Positions 13,285 through 25,038 of a stretch of 64,000 bases of DNA are shown piece after piece. The translations under genes were made by a program, and so were the position numbers. The notes beneath the pieces are model-generated. The model saw only the letters and a list, made by a program, of their open reading frames with translations, had not been told where the DNA came from and did no database searches. The stretch lies in NCBI GenBank assembly GCA_000388065.2, contig KB932201.1. One strand, given 5' to 3'. How positions within the stretch are numbered: the first letter of the stretch is position 1; every line of letters starts with the position of its first letter. The stretch is from Fonticula alba ATCC 38817. Lineage: Eukaryota > Protista > Nucleariida.

Positions 13285-15107
13285 CACAGAGGGGCCACCC
13301 TGACCAAGCTGGTGGAGTTCATCACCCCGGATGTCTACACACAGAACAACAGCATCTTCCAGTTCCTGCTGACATACCGGACCTTTGCCTCGCCGTCGCA
13401 GCTGCTTGAGTTGCTGGTGGCCCGGTATGACATCCCCAAGCTTCCGCCCGATGTGTCCATCGACGTGGCACAGTTCAATGTGCGTCCCCCTCCTTTGGTC
13501 ATGCACGCACATACATACACACATATATATATATATATACAATGCCACCCACAACTTGGCTCGCATTCGTCCTCTTCTCTCGGCCCGCTAGCTCTGACGC
13601 ACATCCATCTCGTCTGCTGCCCTCTTGAACCGGGACATGCGATGGGCGGGGGGCGGGGGGGGGGGAAACCCATGGCTCTGCAGAAAGACAGCGATTCCGT
13701 GCGCGCGCGCGTTATCAACGTTCTCAAGACCTGGGTGGAGAAGTTCTTCTTCGACTTCCAGCACAACGACCAGTCGCTCATTCAGGACCTGCTGCGCTTC
13801 TGTGACACCATTAGCACCCGCGACTCGGCCCATGCAGAGCGCATGCGCAAGCTCATCACCCGCAAGTCGACCGAGCATCCGCCCACCACCATCCTGACGC
13901 AGCTGGCTCGAGGGGAGCTTCCTCCCCTGGCAGACGGGGTGGTTCCCGGACAGGCGTGGAACCCGCTGCTCTTCGACCATATGGAGGTGGCCCGTCAGAT
14001 GACGCGCATCGAGTTCGAGACATACCGCGCAATCCTCACGTCGGAACTGAGCAACCAGGTGCGTCCCCTGCTTGCCAGTCCCTGGCCTTTTTCTTTAGTA
14101 TCCGACCCGGGCTTCCTTCTTTGGCTTTTCCTTCTCCTGCTCGGTCCCTTTCGCTCTCCTCCTCCTCCTCCTCTCCCCCTCTCTACTCACCCGCTCCAAC
14201 CTCTCCCCCTCCCCCTGGCTTTTACTCATTCGCCCCTTCGCCACAGGCCTGGACGCGTGGCACGCGCGATGATAAGCTGCTCAACTCACCCAACATTGTG
14301 GCCTTGATCGAGCGCTTCAACATGGTCTCTTCATGGGTGGCGACGACGATCGTCTTCGAAGAGGACCTTTCCAAGCGCCGCGATCTGTATATCTTCTTCA
14401 TCCGCCTGGCCAAGGCCTTTTACCACCTGAACAATTTCAACGGCGTGATGGAGGTGATTTCCGGCATTTCCTCGGCCTCGGTCTTCCGTCTGTACCGGAC
14501 TCGGAGCCTGATCGGCCGGCAGGCCATGGCCGAATTCGTGGACCTGAGCAATCTCATCAGCACCGAGTGCAATTCGCTGGCCATGCGCAACTGGCTGAAG
14601 CAGGTCCAGCCGCCGGTTCTCCCGTACCTGGGCATGTACTTGACGGACTTGATGTTCACCGACTCCGGCAACCCGGACTTCCTGCCCGGCACGCGGTTGA
14701 TCAACTACCACAAGTGCCGTCTGGTGTCGGCCGTCATTCAGGATGTCCAGCAGTACCAGCAGACCCCCTACAATTTGCCGGCCGTGGAGCCCCTCGCCTC
14801 GCTGGTGCTCAATCTACACACCCGGTCGGAGGACGACTGCTACAAGCAGTCGCTCAAGATCGAGCCGCGGTCCGAGAGCCCGAGTCGCGGCCGGGGCGAC
14901 CGGTCTCCGATGGAGGAATTCTTCCTGCTGGATGACCCGGCCAATCCCTTCCTGGAGAATGACATGTCCGATGTGAACATCCGCTTGGGTGTACGTATGC
15001 TTTGTTCCTTCCCTCCTCCGGTCTCCCCCTCCCCCCCCCCCCTCTCCTCCCCTGGTGGCTTGAACCGTGATCACTAACGCCCCTGGCCGGGTGCTCTCGC
15101 GCGCGTG

Positions 15108-15145
<38 letters not shown>

Positions 15146-17991
15146 GATTCGATTTCTTCCGCAAGCGGCCCATTCTTCAGGCAGCCAGCGTCGCCAAGCT
15201 CGTGGAGTACCTGACACACGACGGGTATGCCGACACTGGCCAGCTCCAAGTCTTCCTCCTGACGTATCGGATGTTTGTCTGCCCCCGGCAGCTGTTGTCC
15301 CTGCTGGCCATTCGGTTCACGGCCCCCAAGCAGCGGGCCGGCGTGTCAGACCTCACCATCCAATCCTTCACCAACACCTACCTCATCCCCATCCAACTGC
15401 GGGTCATCATGTTCCTCCGTGCCTGGATTACAAAGTACTTCAATGACTTTGCTCGTGATCCGGCTCTGTTGGCTCAGCTGTCGCAGGCCTTCATGACCTA
15501 TGATGCGCAGCGTGACCCGCTCCTCCTGCCGCCGATCAAGCGCGCCCTTTCACAGGTTCGCATTGCCATCTAGGCAGACACACACACACACACACACGCA
15601 CACACGAGCCTAGAGCGGCTATTTCTCCTTTGGCGGCTTGCCCCACCTCCCCTCGCACCTTCTTGTATTCTGATGTGCTACTGTCGCCGGGCTGCCGGCT
15701 CCGTGCCCGTGTGTCTTCCTTTTTCTTCCTTTACGCGCCCTCCTCTCTCCCTCCCTCCCTCCTGGAAAAAAGCTCCGCATTGCCTTCCGCCGGCGTCTTC
15801 AGGAAGTCCTGGACGGCCGCACCGACTTCTCGGTCAACCGCCGGGAGACCCCGCGTGCCCGGCCTACCAGCACCATCCCCCGAGCGTATCCGCATCTGAA
15901 TGCCTTCTGCCCGGAGCGCTTTTCCCTGAAGAACATGCCCGAGCCCCAGGACCTGGCCTTCCAGTTTGCCTCCCTACATGAGGCCATGTTCTTGGATGTG
16001 GACTTCTCGAACCTGATTAAGGTATGCATGCACCTCGGCACTTGCTCGCCGCAGTCCCTGTGCGCTCTGCCTGGAGACGGCTTACGCCTGACAACATGTA
16101 CATCCCCTCGGCCCCTCGGCCCCTCGGCCCTTCCCCTCCCCTCCCCCTTCCGTGATGTCCTCCCCAGCTTCGTGCTACCCCCGGCAGCGTGTCTGACGCG
16201 CCCGCGGTGAAGAGCCCCCCATCGACCGGCTCGGCCAGTGACTTCTCCTCTTCCTATGGTGAGTTGTTCACTGAACCGATGCTCCGCCTGCACGTGCACT
16301 CGGAGCGCATCTACGCCTGGGCCGTGGATCGGATCATGACGGCGCCGGACCTGGCCTCGCGCATTGACCAGCTGTCGTACTTGATCGATGTGGCTGAGCA
16401 GTCGCGCCGGCTGCACGACTACGCCACCATGTGTCCCCTGGTGGCGGCTTTCCGCAGTGTGCACGTGCGGTCTCTTCGCCGACTGTGGCAAAACTACCCG
16501 TACAAGGACCGCATGGTTGTCCTGCAGGAGTTGACTCGGTGTGTGCTTTTTTCCTTTCTCTCTCTCTCTCTCTCTTCGCCCTTCCCACCGCTCCAGCCCG
16601 CTGTTCTTTTGCCGGTTTCCCTTCGCGTAGACACACGCACACACAATCATACGTGTGCGAATAAGTGCACATGTAGATGGACCTTCAGTGGGAACCCTCG
16701 ACCACCACACCGGCGCCCAATGTGAGAACTAACCATGGGTGCCTTTGCAACCTTTGCTTTTCTTGGGGGTGGGGGACAAAGTCTCTTCTCCAACCGCGAG
16801 GGCGAGCAACAATTTGTCTATATGCAGGCTATCCGTCGGTCGCCCCTGGCAGCCACAGTTCCCTTCATGCAGCCCTTCCTGGATGGGATCGCCGCCTGCC
16901 TCTCGAGCGGTATCTATGTCAGTGACAAGAAGCTGGTGGACTTCGACAAGTGCCGGCATGTGGCCGACATCATCCAGGACTTGATGAGCTTCCGCCGGAA
17001 CACCTGCTACACGGTCGTACGTGGCTGCCATCCTTCCCTCATCCCGCCGGCTCCCCTCCACATTGCTCCCGTCTTTGCTGGCTGCCCAAATGCCTCGGGG
17101 GCTTTCCACGCTTTTGTCGCCTCGCGCCAACAACCCACCAATCGTCGCTCACCCCTGTGCCGCGCTCTTTCCTCGCTTGTCTCTCTCTCTCCCGCCCTCC
17201 CTCCCTCCCTTCCCCCTGTCTCCTCGTGCTGTGTGCATGTGCAGGCCCGCAACTCCGACATCCAGGACTATATCCTCCAACTGCCGGTGGATGCGGAGCT
17301 GCTGGCAGCTCTAACTACGCAGCCGGTCCGCTCGGAGACCATCGCCTTCTTCGCCAACCGGGCCAACGATCTGGATGAGCACACGATGAAGGCCTACCAT
17401 GAGCGCATCCTCTCGGAGTCGGTCGACGCCCAGGGGTTCATCTCGATGCCGAAGAAGCCGGCCGGCGAGCCCGCTCCCATGGCCGGCTCTGCGGCCCCGA
17501 TCCACGGCTCGAAGCCCGGGCGTGAGTGCATCTGCTCGGCCGATCCCCATGGGTCCGGGGTGCCCTTCCTGGCGGCGCGCCTGCTTGCGCAGAAGCCCAC
17601 GGACGAGGTGAAGCTACTGGCCTCGCGACAGCTCCTGGCGCAGGAGCCCTTCCGGCAGCAGGTGTTCGATGCGTCGGTGCGCACGGTGCTTGCCACATTG
17701 GATGGCAGCATCAAGGGTGACGGAACGCCGGAGGCCTCGGTGGCCGTGGCTGCTCGAGCCCCGGTCTCGCAGCTGGTGGCCGCCGGACCGCTGTCCTTGG
17801 CCGACCCGGGTGCCGCTCGGGAAGCGGCCGCCTCCCTCCCCCTGCTAGACTCCGGCGCGGGATCCTTTGTCACCGGGAATGAAGTGGTGGCTCGGGTGCC
17901 TTCGGTAGGTGGCATGGTCTTGGACAAGGTCTTGACCGATGGCCTGGCGTCAGATGTCCTCCGGAGCGCGCTTCCAGATGGGGCGTGTTGA
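12583..17991 (+). CDS. Multi-exon Ras guanine nucleotide exchange factor, REM-CDC25-REM-CDC25(degenerate)
   Basis: Exons 12583-13157, 13290-13479, 13684-14058, 14247-14990, 15145-15555, about 15773-16021, 16168-about 16538, about 16828-17016, 17245-17991. REM1 IRGATLTKLVEFIT...RVINVLKTWV. CDC25-1 FNMVSSWVAT...NNFNGVMEV...PYLGMYLTDL...INYHK. REM2 ASVAKLVEYLT...RVIMFLRAWI. CDC25-2 in later exons. The 16538-16828 junction and the 3' end are uncertain. Confidence 0.9.
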
Positions 17992-18242
17992 TTTGCTGTC
18001 TCTTCTAGATCGGCCGACGGGACCGTGGTGAAGAAAGAAAAAGAAGCACTCCCAAGCACCCCCCCCCCCCTTCGGCCACTTGTCCACGTGCAAATCCGGC
18101 AGGCGAAGAAATGTATTCAAACATGATCAAATGAAGCCACATACACACACACACACACAGGCTGGATATCCAGACATGTACATACGCAGAGGGAAGCCGG
18201 GCTTGTGGGAAGACCGAGCCTCCAGGTGGGCTCGGAGCTGGC

Positions 18243-20218
18243 TCAGCGGCGCATGGCGATGACCTTGGCCTCAGATTGAGGATACTGGGGCTTGTTGGCA
18301 AAAATCTCATCAATCTTCGCCATCACTTCCGGAGTCAGGAGCTTGAGGTTGTCCAGGGCGCTGAGGTTCTCGTTGAGCTGCGAAATCGGGGGGGGGGGGG
18401 GGGGGGGGGGNNNNNNNNNNNNNNNNNNNNNNNNNNNNNNNNNNNNNNNNNNNNNNNNNNNNNNNNNNNNNNNNNNNNNNNNNNNNNNNNNNNNNNNNNN
18501 NNNNNNNNNNNNNNNNNNNNNNNNNNNNNNNNNNNNNNNNNNNNNNNNNNNNNNNNNNNNNNNNNNNNNNNNNNNNNNNNNNNNAGAGAGAGAGAGAGGG
18601 GGGGGGGAGGGACAAAGAGGAACAAAGAGAGACCAAGAGAGACAAAGAGAGACAAAGAGAGACAAAGAGAGACAAAGAGAGACAAAGAGAGACAAAGAGA
18701 TAGCGCGGCAGAAGGTAGACAAGACTGGCACAGGCCCAATGGCGGCCAGCCAACAGGAAGTAGGCTCTGCAAGCAACGGACCTGCTCCTCGGACGTGGCA
18801 CCGGTGATGAGGGTGCTGACACGGGGATTGGCAATGACCCAGGCCAGGGCCAGCTGGCTGCAGCTAATGCCCAGCTCCTTGGCTAGGGTGGCCAGACGCT
18901 CGACCTTGGCCAGGTTCTCCACCGCCTCCGGGGAGGTGATGTACCGCTCACGCAGGTAGGCATTCTCCGGGGCGGCCAGACGACTGCCCTCGGGGATGTG
19001 ACCCCCGGCATACTTGTTGGTCAGCACACCGCTGGCCAGGGGGGACCAGACGGTCAGGCCGAGCCCCGGACGGGACTCATACCGTGCCAGGTAGTCCAGC
19101 TCCACCTTCTGGCGCTTGAGGAGGTTGTATTCGGGCTGCTCCACGACCGGCGGGTGGAGGTTCAGTCGGTCGGCCAGGCACTGCGCCTCGGCGATCTGCT
19201 CGGCCGACCACTCGCTGGTGCCCCAGTAGAAGGCCAGGCCCTGGTCCACGCAGAAGCTCATGGCGCGGACGGTTTCCTCCAGAGGCGTGGCCACATCCGG
19301 CCGGTGGCAGAAGAGCAGATCCACATAGTCCTGCTGCATGCGGGCAAGCGACTCGCGCGTGCCCTCGATGATGTGCTTGCGGCTGAGGCCGATGTTGTTG
19401 GGCCCGGGCCGAGTGCCGAAGAAGATCTTCGTCGACAGGACCAGATCCGAGCGATGCCAGACGCCCTCGGCGATGCCTCGATTAACCGCACGACCAACGA
19501 GGGTCTGGTGCATGCCGTGGGCCAGGTGAGAAAGCGGCCCACGGTGGAGGGCAAGAATGGGCAGCCGGTCGCACCTCGGCCTCGCCGCGGCTGTACACCT
19601 CGGCGCAATCGAAAAAGTTGATCCCACGCTTGAAGGCGGATACCATGAACTTGTAGCTGGTATCCTCGGGGGTCTTGCTGTTGAATGTAAGCCAGGTGCC
19701 TGGAGGCCGCCAACACGTCGGGGGGGGGGGGGGGGCAAAGGGGGGCAGCCGGAGCAATAAAAAGGAACAAAGATGGGTGCGGCGTCCCAAGTCGCCGCCC
19801 GGCTGGATTTGGTAGGTGGTGTATAGTTTGGCGCGGTTGGTCGGTGTGGTGGGTTGGTGTTTGTTCTTGGCTGCGTGGGTGGGCGTCGGTGTGGGCTTCT
19901 GGGGGGGAGGGGGAGGGGGGGGGGCGGGTGCAGGGGGGGGGGGGGGGGGGGGGGGGCTTCAGGGGGTCAGCTACTTGGAGGGGGGGTCGTGGCGAAGAGA
20001 CCATGGAGGAGAGGCAGAGAGGCAGAGAGACAGCGTGCGAGACCCAGCATGCGACGTACCGAAGGACAGGACCGAGACCTGGGGGGAGGGGGAGACGTGG
20101 AGGTGTGATGGTGTGAGACACGGATGCAGGATCGGGTGTAGAAGGGAGAGCCACGCAGTCGTACCTTGAGACCGGTTTTGCCGAGATGGCGGTAAATCAT
20201 GGGAGTGCTTCCGGGCAT
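18243..20218 (-). CDS. KCNAB: Aldo-keto reductase, voltage-gated K+ channel beta subunit (Kv-beta/KAB) family
   Basis: Exons 20218-20165, 20078-20060, 19699-19575, 19504-18782, 18377-18243, all GT-AG and in phase. YRHLGKTGLKVSVLSFGTW, GINFFDCAEVY, LSTKIFFG, GLSRKHIIEG, HRPD..TPLEETVRAM, YWGTSEW, EQPEYNL are Kv-beta hallmarks. Confidence 0.92.
18620..18698. repeat. 10-bp minisatellite (GAGACAAAGA)n inside the last AKR intron
   Basis: Tandem units directly visible next to an N-gap and a (GA)n tract. Confidence 0.9.
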
Positions 20219-21100
20219 GGTGGAGAGGCAGATATGCACAGAAGTGGCGTGAGAAGTGCGGCGGAGAGGGGAGGGAGAGTGCCTTTCGAGGGGGATACTC
20301 GCAGCGTTGTCGCTGGACACCTTTAAAGCACATCCGGCGGTGCCCCTCGCTCCACCCGAGGACCGCAGGGCGACAAGAGGGAGGCACTACATGCCGATCT
20401 GACACCAGGACATGGCGGCCGGGGGACGGGAGATCTGTTGAGCATGGCCCCCGCCCCCTCCCCCCGGACGAGCAACCGATATCGCGGGCTGATTGAGGAG
20501 GAGAGGGGGTAGTCGGGGCAGGGGGACGACGAGCACCATTGATCTGGGCTCTGTCCGTGGGGCGACATTCGAGAGGAGGACGAACAGATCGAAGTCAAAG
20601 TGTCCAAACAATCCCCGCTGAGGGCAGTGTGTCGCGTAGCTCAAGTGAGAGTGTCTGTCCCTACTTTTGGGGGGGGGGGGGGGGGGCGCACTGTTGCCCG
20701 AACTGGAACAGGCAGGTCGATCGCATCCAACCATGGGTCCAACACTTCCAGGATCGGGGAATATTTCTATTGTCCCCTTTCCCCAAAGAGGGCTCCTGCC
20801 CGATTGTGCGGCCCCCTCCCCCCCCCCACGACAATACTCCCAACGAACGACATTCGGCCAGGCGCATATCTTACGCGACCCCATCCCGGTGTTGCTTGCG
20901 GGTGCGCGGGACGGCGCACGTTCGGGGGGGGGGGGGGCTCGGGCCCTCGGTCCTCCGCCCCTGGGGCACAAAGGCGATTGGCGACAAGGGGTGGTATCCT
21001 CTGTGTCCCCTGTGGGGGGGGCATGTGTCACCCCCTTGCACCCCCTTGCACCCCCTTGCACCCCCTCTGCACTCCTTCCTCTCCCCCGCCCCGCGTCCTT

Positions 21101-21147
<47 letters not shown>

Positions 21148-21186
21148 ATCCGCTGGGATACAAGGGGGACCCCAGCCACTTTACGC

Positions 21187-21569
21187 ATGTCCCAGACCTC
21201 CCTCCCGGCCGGGGAGCATCTCCCCCTCGAGCGGCTAGAAAGCGAAAACCTTCTGCTCTTTCTCCAGTCGGTGGCCCCACATGGCTCGGATCCGGAATCT
21301 GGCCTCGACTCCGACCTCGACGGGATCCTGAAAACCCTCTTCGCCGCATCGGTCCTGGCCACCGAGTTGCCACCCTTTCCTCTGCATCTGGCAGACCCGG
21401 GGATACCTTCGGATGCCGAGGCACCGGACCTGCAGTCCCCCAGCCTGGCGCCAACTGCTCCCCAGTCACCTGTATCCGAATCGGCCTCCCCACACGCTTC
21501 TCCGACCATACTGCATCCTGCACCCCCAGCCACTCTGGGGCCCAGCGTCGGATCGCAAGCTCCTCATCA

Positions 21570-21600
<31 letters not shown>

Positions 21601-21930
21601 CAACAACAACAACAATCACAGCGCCCAATCATCCTCCTCGAGGCCGATTTGACTTCAGAGCACCTTTTCATGCTAGATCGCTTCGAGCGAATGCCGGACT
21701 TTGAAGCCCGATTCGAGGAAGTGGTTCTACCACCAGCGCCCGGGGATCCTCCAGCCTCTGTCCCAGCCCCACTGAGGGAATATGCCTCGGTGGTGGAGAG
21801 GGATCCCTCGGATCCTGGGGACTGGGACTTCCACCCTGTCTTCCGCAAGGAACAATCCCAGCAACAGCGCGACAGAACCGCCCGACAACTGGCCAACCTC
21901 ATGGCTCGCCTGGGGGGGAAAAAAACATAG
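21187..21930 (+). CDS. Hypothetical 247-aa protein with polyQ tract
   Basis: Single open frame from MSQTSLPAGE, downstream of a (CA)n tract. CAG/CAA polyQ. Ordered-looking C-terminal half (IILLEADLTSEHLFMLDRFERMPDFEARFEEVVL...WDFHPVFRKE...RQLANLMARLG). No family recognised. Confidence 0.6.
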
Positions 21931-22293
21931 CAGCCCAGACGGAAGACCAAAAATACACCAAAACCACAAGCCCACAGACCGACGAAACAGAACACCGGGA
22001 GACAAAAAGAGGGGGTCTTTTGAGGGGACAAGATTCCTGCTCGGGGCGCGGCTCACCACCAGGGGGAGAACAACCTGGGGGGGGGGGGGGGGGGGGGGGG
22101 GCGCGTCATCCGCAAACAGGGAGAAGGGGGATCAACAAGGGCAGAGGAAAGGGAGGGGGCAGGAAGGGAGGAGAGAGTGCACATGCACACGTGTGCACAT
22201 TTGCATGCACGCATGTGCACACCCCACAGCATGCATGTGTGTGAATACATATGCACATATGCGCATATATGCATACACGGCTGTACGATGCGC

Positions 22294-22477
22294 CTACGGA
22301 TCGTAGTCCGGACCCGGCACACCGCCCCCATAGTAGGGCATATGATCGAAGGGCATCACCTGGGTGAACATCGGGGAGGAGGAGGGATAGGGCAGGGCAT
22401 TTCCCGGCGAGGGAGGGTACGGCAGAAGAGGCGGGAAGTGATGGGGGTGCTGCTGCTGCTGCTGCTGCTGTTGAGAT

Positions 22478-22509
<32 letters not shown>

Positions 22510-24457
22510 AGACTGAGACTGAGGGCCACCCGGTGGCTGCTGCGACTGAGACTGCTGGGAGGACTTTGACCCCCCGCCACGAGCATACGGAAGTGTGGAG
22601 GGCGGCGATTGGCCCCCATTGGCCGACGGCTCGGTGTTGCCGGTGCCGCCGTGGCTGCTGCCGGACGCGGCAGCGCCGCCGTCCTGATGCGAGAAGCTCA
22701 AGGGCCCGCCAGTGGATGAGGCCCCCGGGGCCCCGGCCAAGGCCCCGCCAGGCCCGGGGAGAAGCTGCAACGGCGACGGGGCCCGATAATCCCCGAGGAG
22801 GTCGTCGGTCGGCGAGGCCCCAGGTAGAGCATCAAATGGGTATGTCGGCATATGCCCAGCCCCCCAGCCGCCGCCCTTGTAGAAATAGCTCCCCCCGCCG
22901 CCGTAGGCATCCATCGGGTATGGCCTCTGCGGGGTCGGTTGGGGGATGAGATTCGGGAAGGTGAACGGGGCTACGTTTCCCCCGGGGCCCAGCAGGGAAC
23001 TGGCCCCGGGAGACAGGGGGACAAGGCCTCCCCCACCACCGACAAACGGTGGCGGCGGCGACGGCATCGTCAAGCTCATGTAGCTGAAGGGGGCATCCAT
23101 GGAGCCAAACTCCGGGAAGGCGAAATTCCCGCCATTGTGCCCGCCCTGCTGCTGGTGCTGGTGGGGGTGGTGCTGCCGCTCCGAGGAAGGGGATGAAGCC
23201 TCGGCATCCGAGTCATCGGACTCGCCGCCGCGGGTATTGGTCGACAGGGTCTTGGCCGGGCGTTGGACGATTTCCACTCCGGCATTTGGGCCAGTGGTAG
23301 CTGCTCCTGTGTCCGCGGGGGGGGAGTTGCCCAGGGCCCCCTCGGGACCGGCATTCTCGCTGGTGGGATGTGCATTTGGCTGCTTGCCCGCCAGTGCGGG
23401 CGCCGGATGCGAGACCTGGGTCGGGGGATCGGTTGAAGCAGCAAACGACGGAGATGACGGGCCAGAAAGCAGGACATTGGCCGCGGAGATGGCGTCCGGA
23501 TCATCGAGAATGGACACGACATCCGCCTCGAGCTCAGTTCCAAGAACCGGCTGCGATTGCGATTGGGCTTGGGGCTGATCCCGCAATGGAACTTGCGACT
23601 GTGGCTGGGATTGCTGCTGTGCCTGGGATTGCTGCTGTGCCTGGGATTGCTGCTGCGCTTGGGACTGGGGCTGTGGCTGCGACTGGGGCTGTGGCTGTGA
23701 CTGGGACTGTGGCTGCGACTGCTGCGATTGCGATTGCGATTGCGATTGCAATTGCGATGGTGGCTGTGACTGTGACTGCGATTGACGTTGATCCATCATG
23801 GGCTCGGACTTCAGCTGAGGATTGCCAGCGGTGGTTGAAGAGGCTCGGGTGCCACCCGCCGGACCGAGGCCGCGAGTGCGCTGTGTCCCGGTTGACTGAT
23901 CGACCACCGGCAAGGGGTCGCCAGCATCAGGCCCACGGCAGCGACGCTTCGAAGGAGGCTCCGACACACCGTCAGAGCCCTGGCCGCTGCTGCCATTGCC
24001 ATTGCTACTGCGTGGGATCCATGGCAGTGGTGACGGTGGATGCATGTCACCCGACAGCAGGAGCGGAATTCGACCCTGGGACCCGGACCGGGACAGGCCC
24101 TTCGGCGGAAGGGGCGGCGGCTGCATGCCCATGTAGAAGCCGCTTCCGTGGGTGTCGGCCATCGGCGGCTGGCCGTATTCCCGCAGTCCCCCATAGTTGG
24201 AGGGCGGATAGTGGTGGTGTGACTGGACCACATACGGCGGCTGACTGACATGCGGCCGCGGGGGGACCATGTCCATCGGCGATCGAGCCATCCCATGAGG
24301 CGGAGGATAGTACCCGGGGCTGCTTTCGCGCATGTAGAACGGGTCATATGGCCGGACGTGCGACATGGGCGGCATGCCGGCCAGCGGATCCGGCCCACGC
24401 GCTGGCCAGAAGGAAGAAAGGGGGCCAGGAGGAAGGCACGAGAGAGTGGGTTAGTAA

Positions 24458-24500
<43 letters not shown>

Positions 24501-25001
24501 CCAGGGACGGTGGCAGGGGAGAAGAGAAAAGAAAGCGCGATGGGCAAAAGGAAATGTCGCAGGACCACGAGGAGAGACACACCTGGTGGACCAAAGGAGC
24601 GCGGCGGCATCATCATATCAGTGGTATATGGTGGCAGGCTGGGCTGGCTGGCTGCCGGGAGGCCGGGCTGGTTGGCTGGCGGCGGGTACACACCGCCGCG
24701 GCGTTCGGACAGCGACATCGGCATGTACCCGGGGTAGGGACCGCCCCCAGGAGGGCCATCATGGGCGCCGGCGCCACCCGGGCCCCCCCGGAGCATTTGG
24801 TAGTAACCCGGGTCATAGCTGTTGTCGATCAAGTCGATGGTGAATTGGTCGCGCGGGCTGGGCGGGTAGGGCGGGGCAAGCGGGCCCTTGCGAGCAGCTG
24901 CACGGAAACCAGGCAACCAGAGGAGGCGGAGCAGGACACAGTGAGAAGCGGTCAGTGGAAGCAGATGGGAGGAGGGAGAGGGAGGGAGAGGGAGGGAGAT
25001 G

Positions 25002-25038
<37 letters not shown>

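Noticed and set aside
20539-21186. N-terminal extension of the 463-aa ORF
   Set aside because: It passes through poly-G/C runs and (CA)n (HTHTHT); treated as promoter/UTR, with start placed at 21187.
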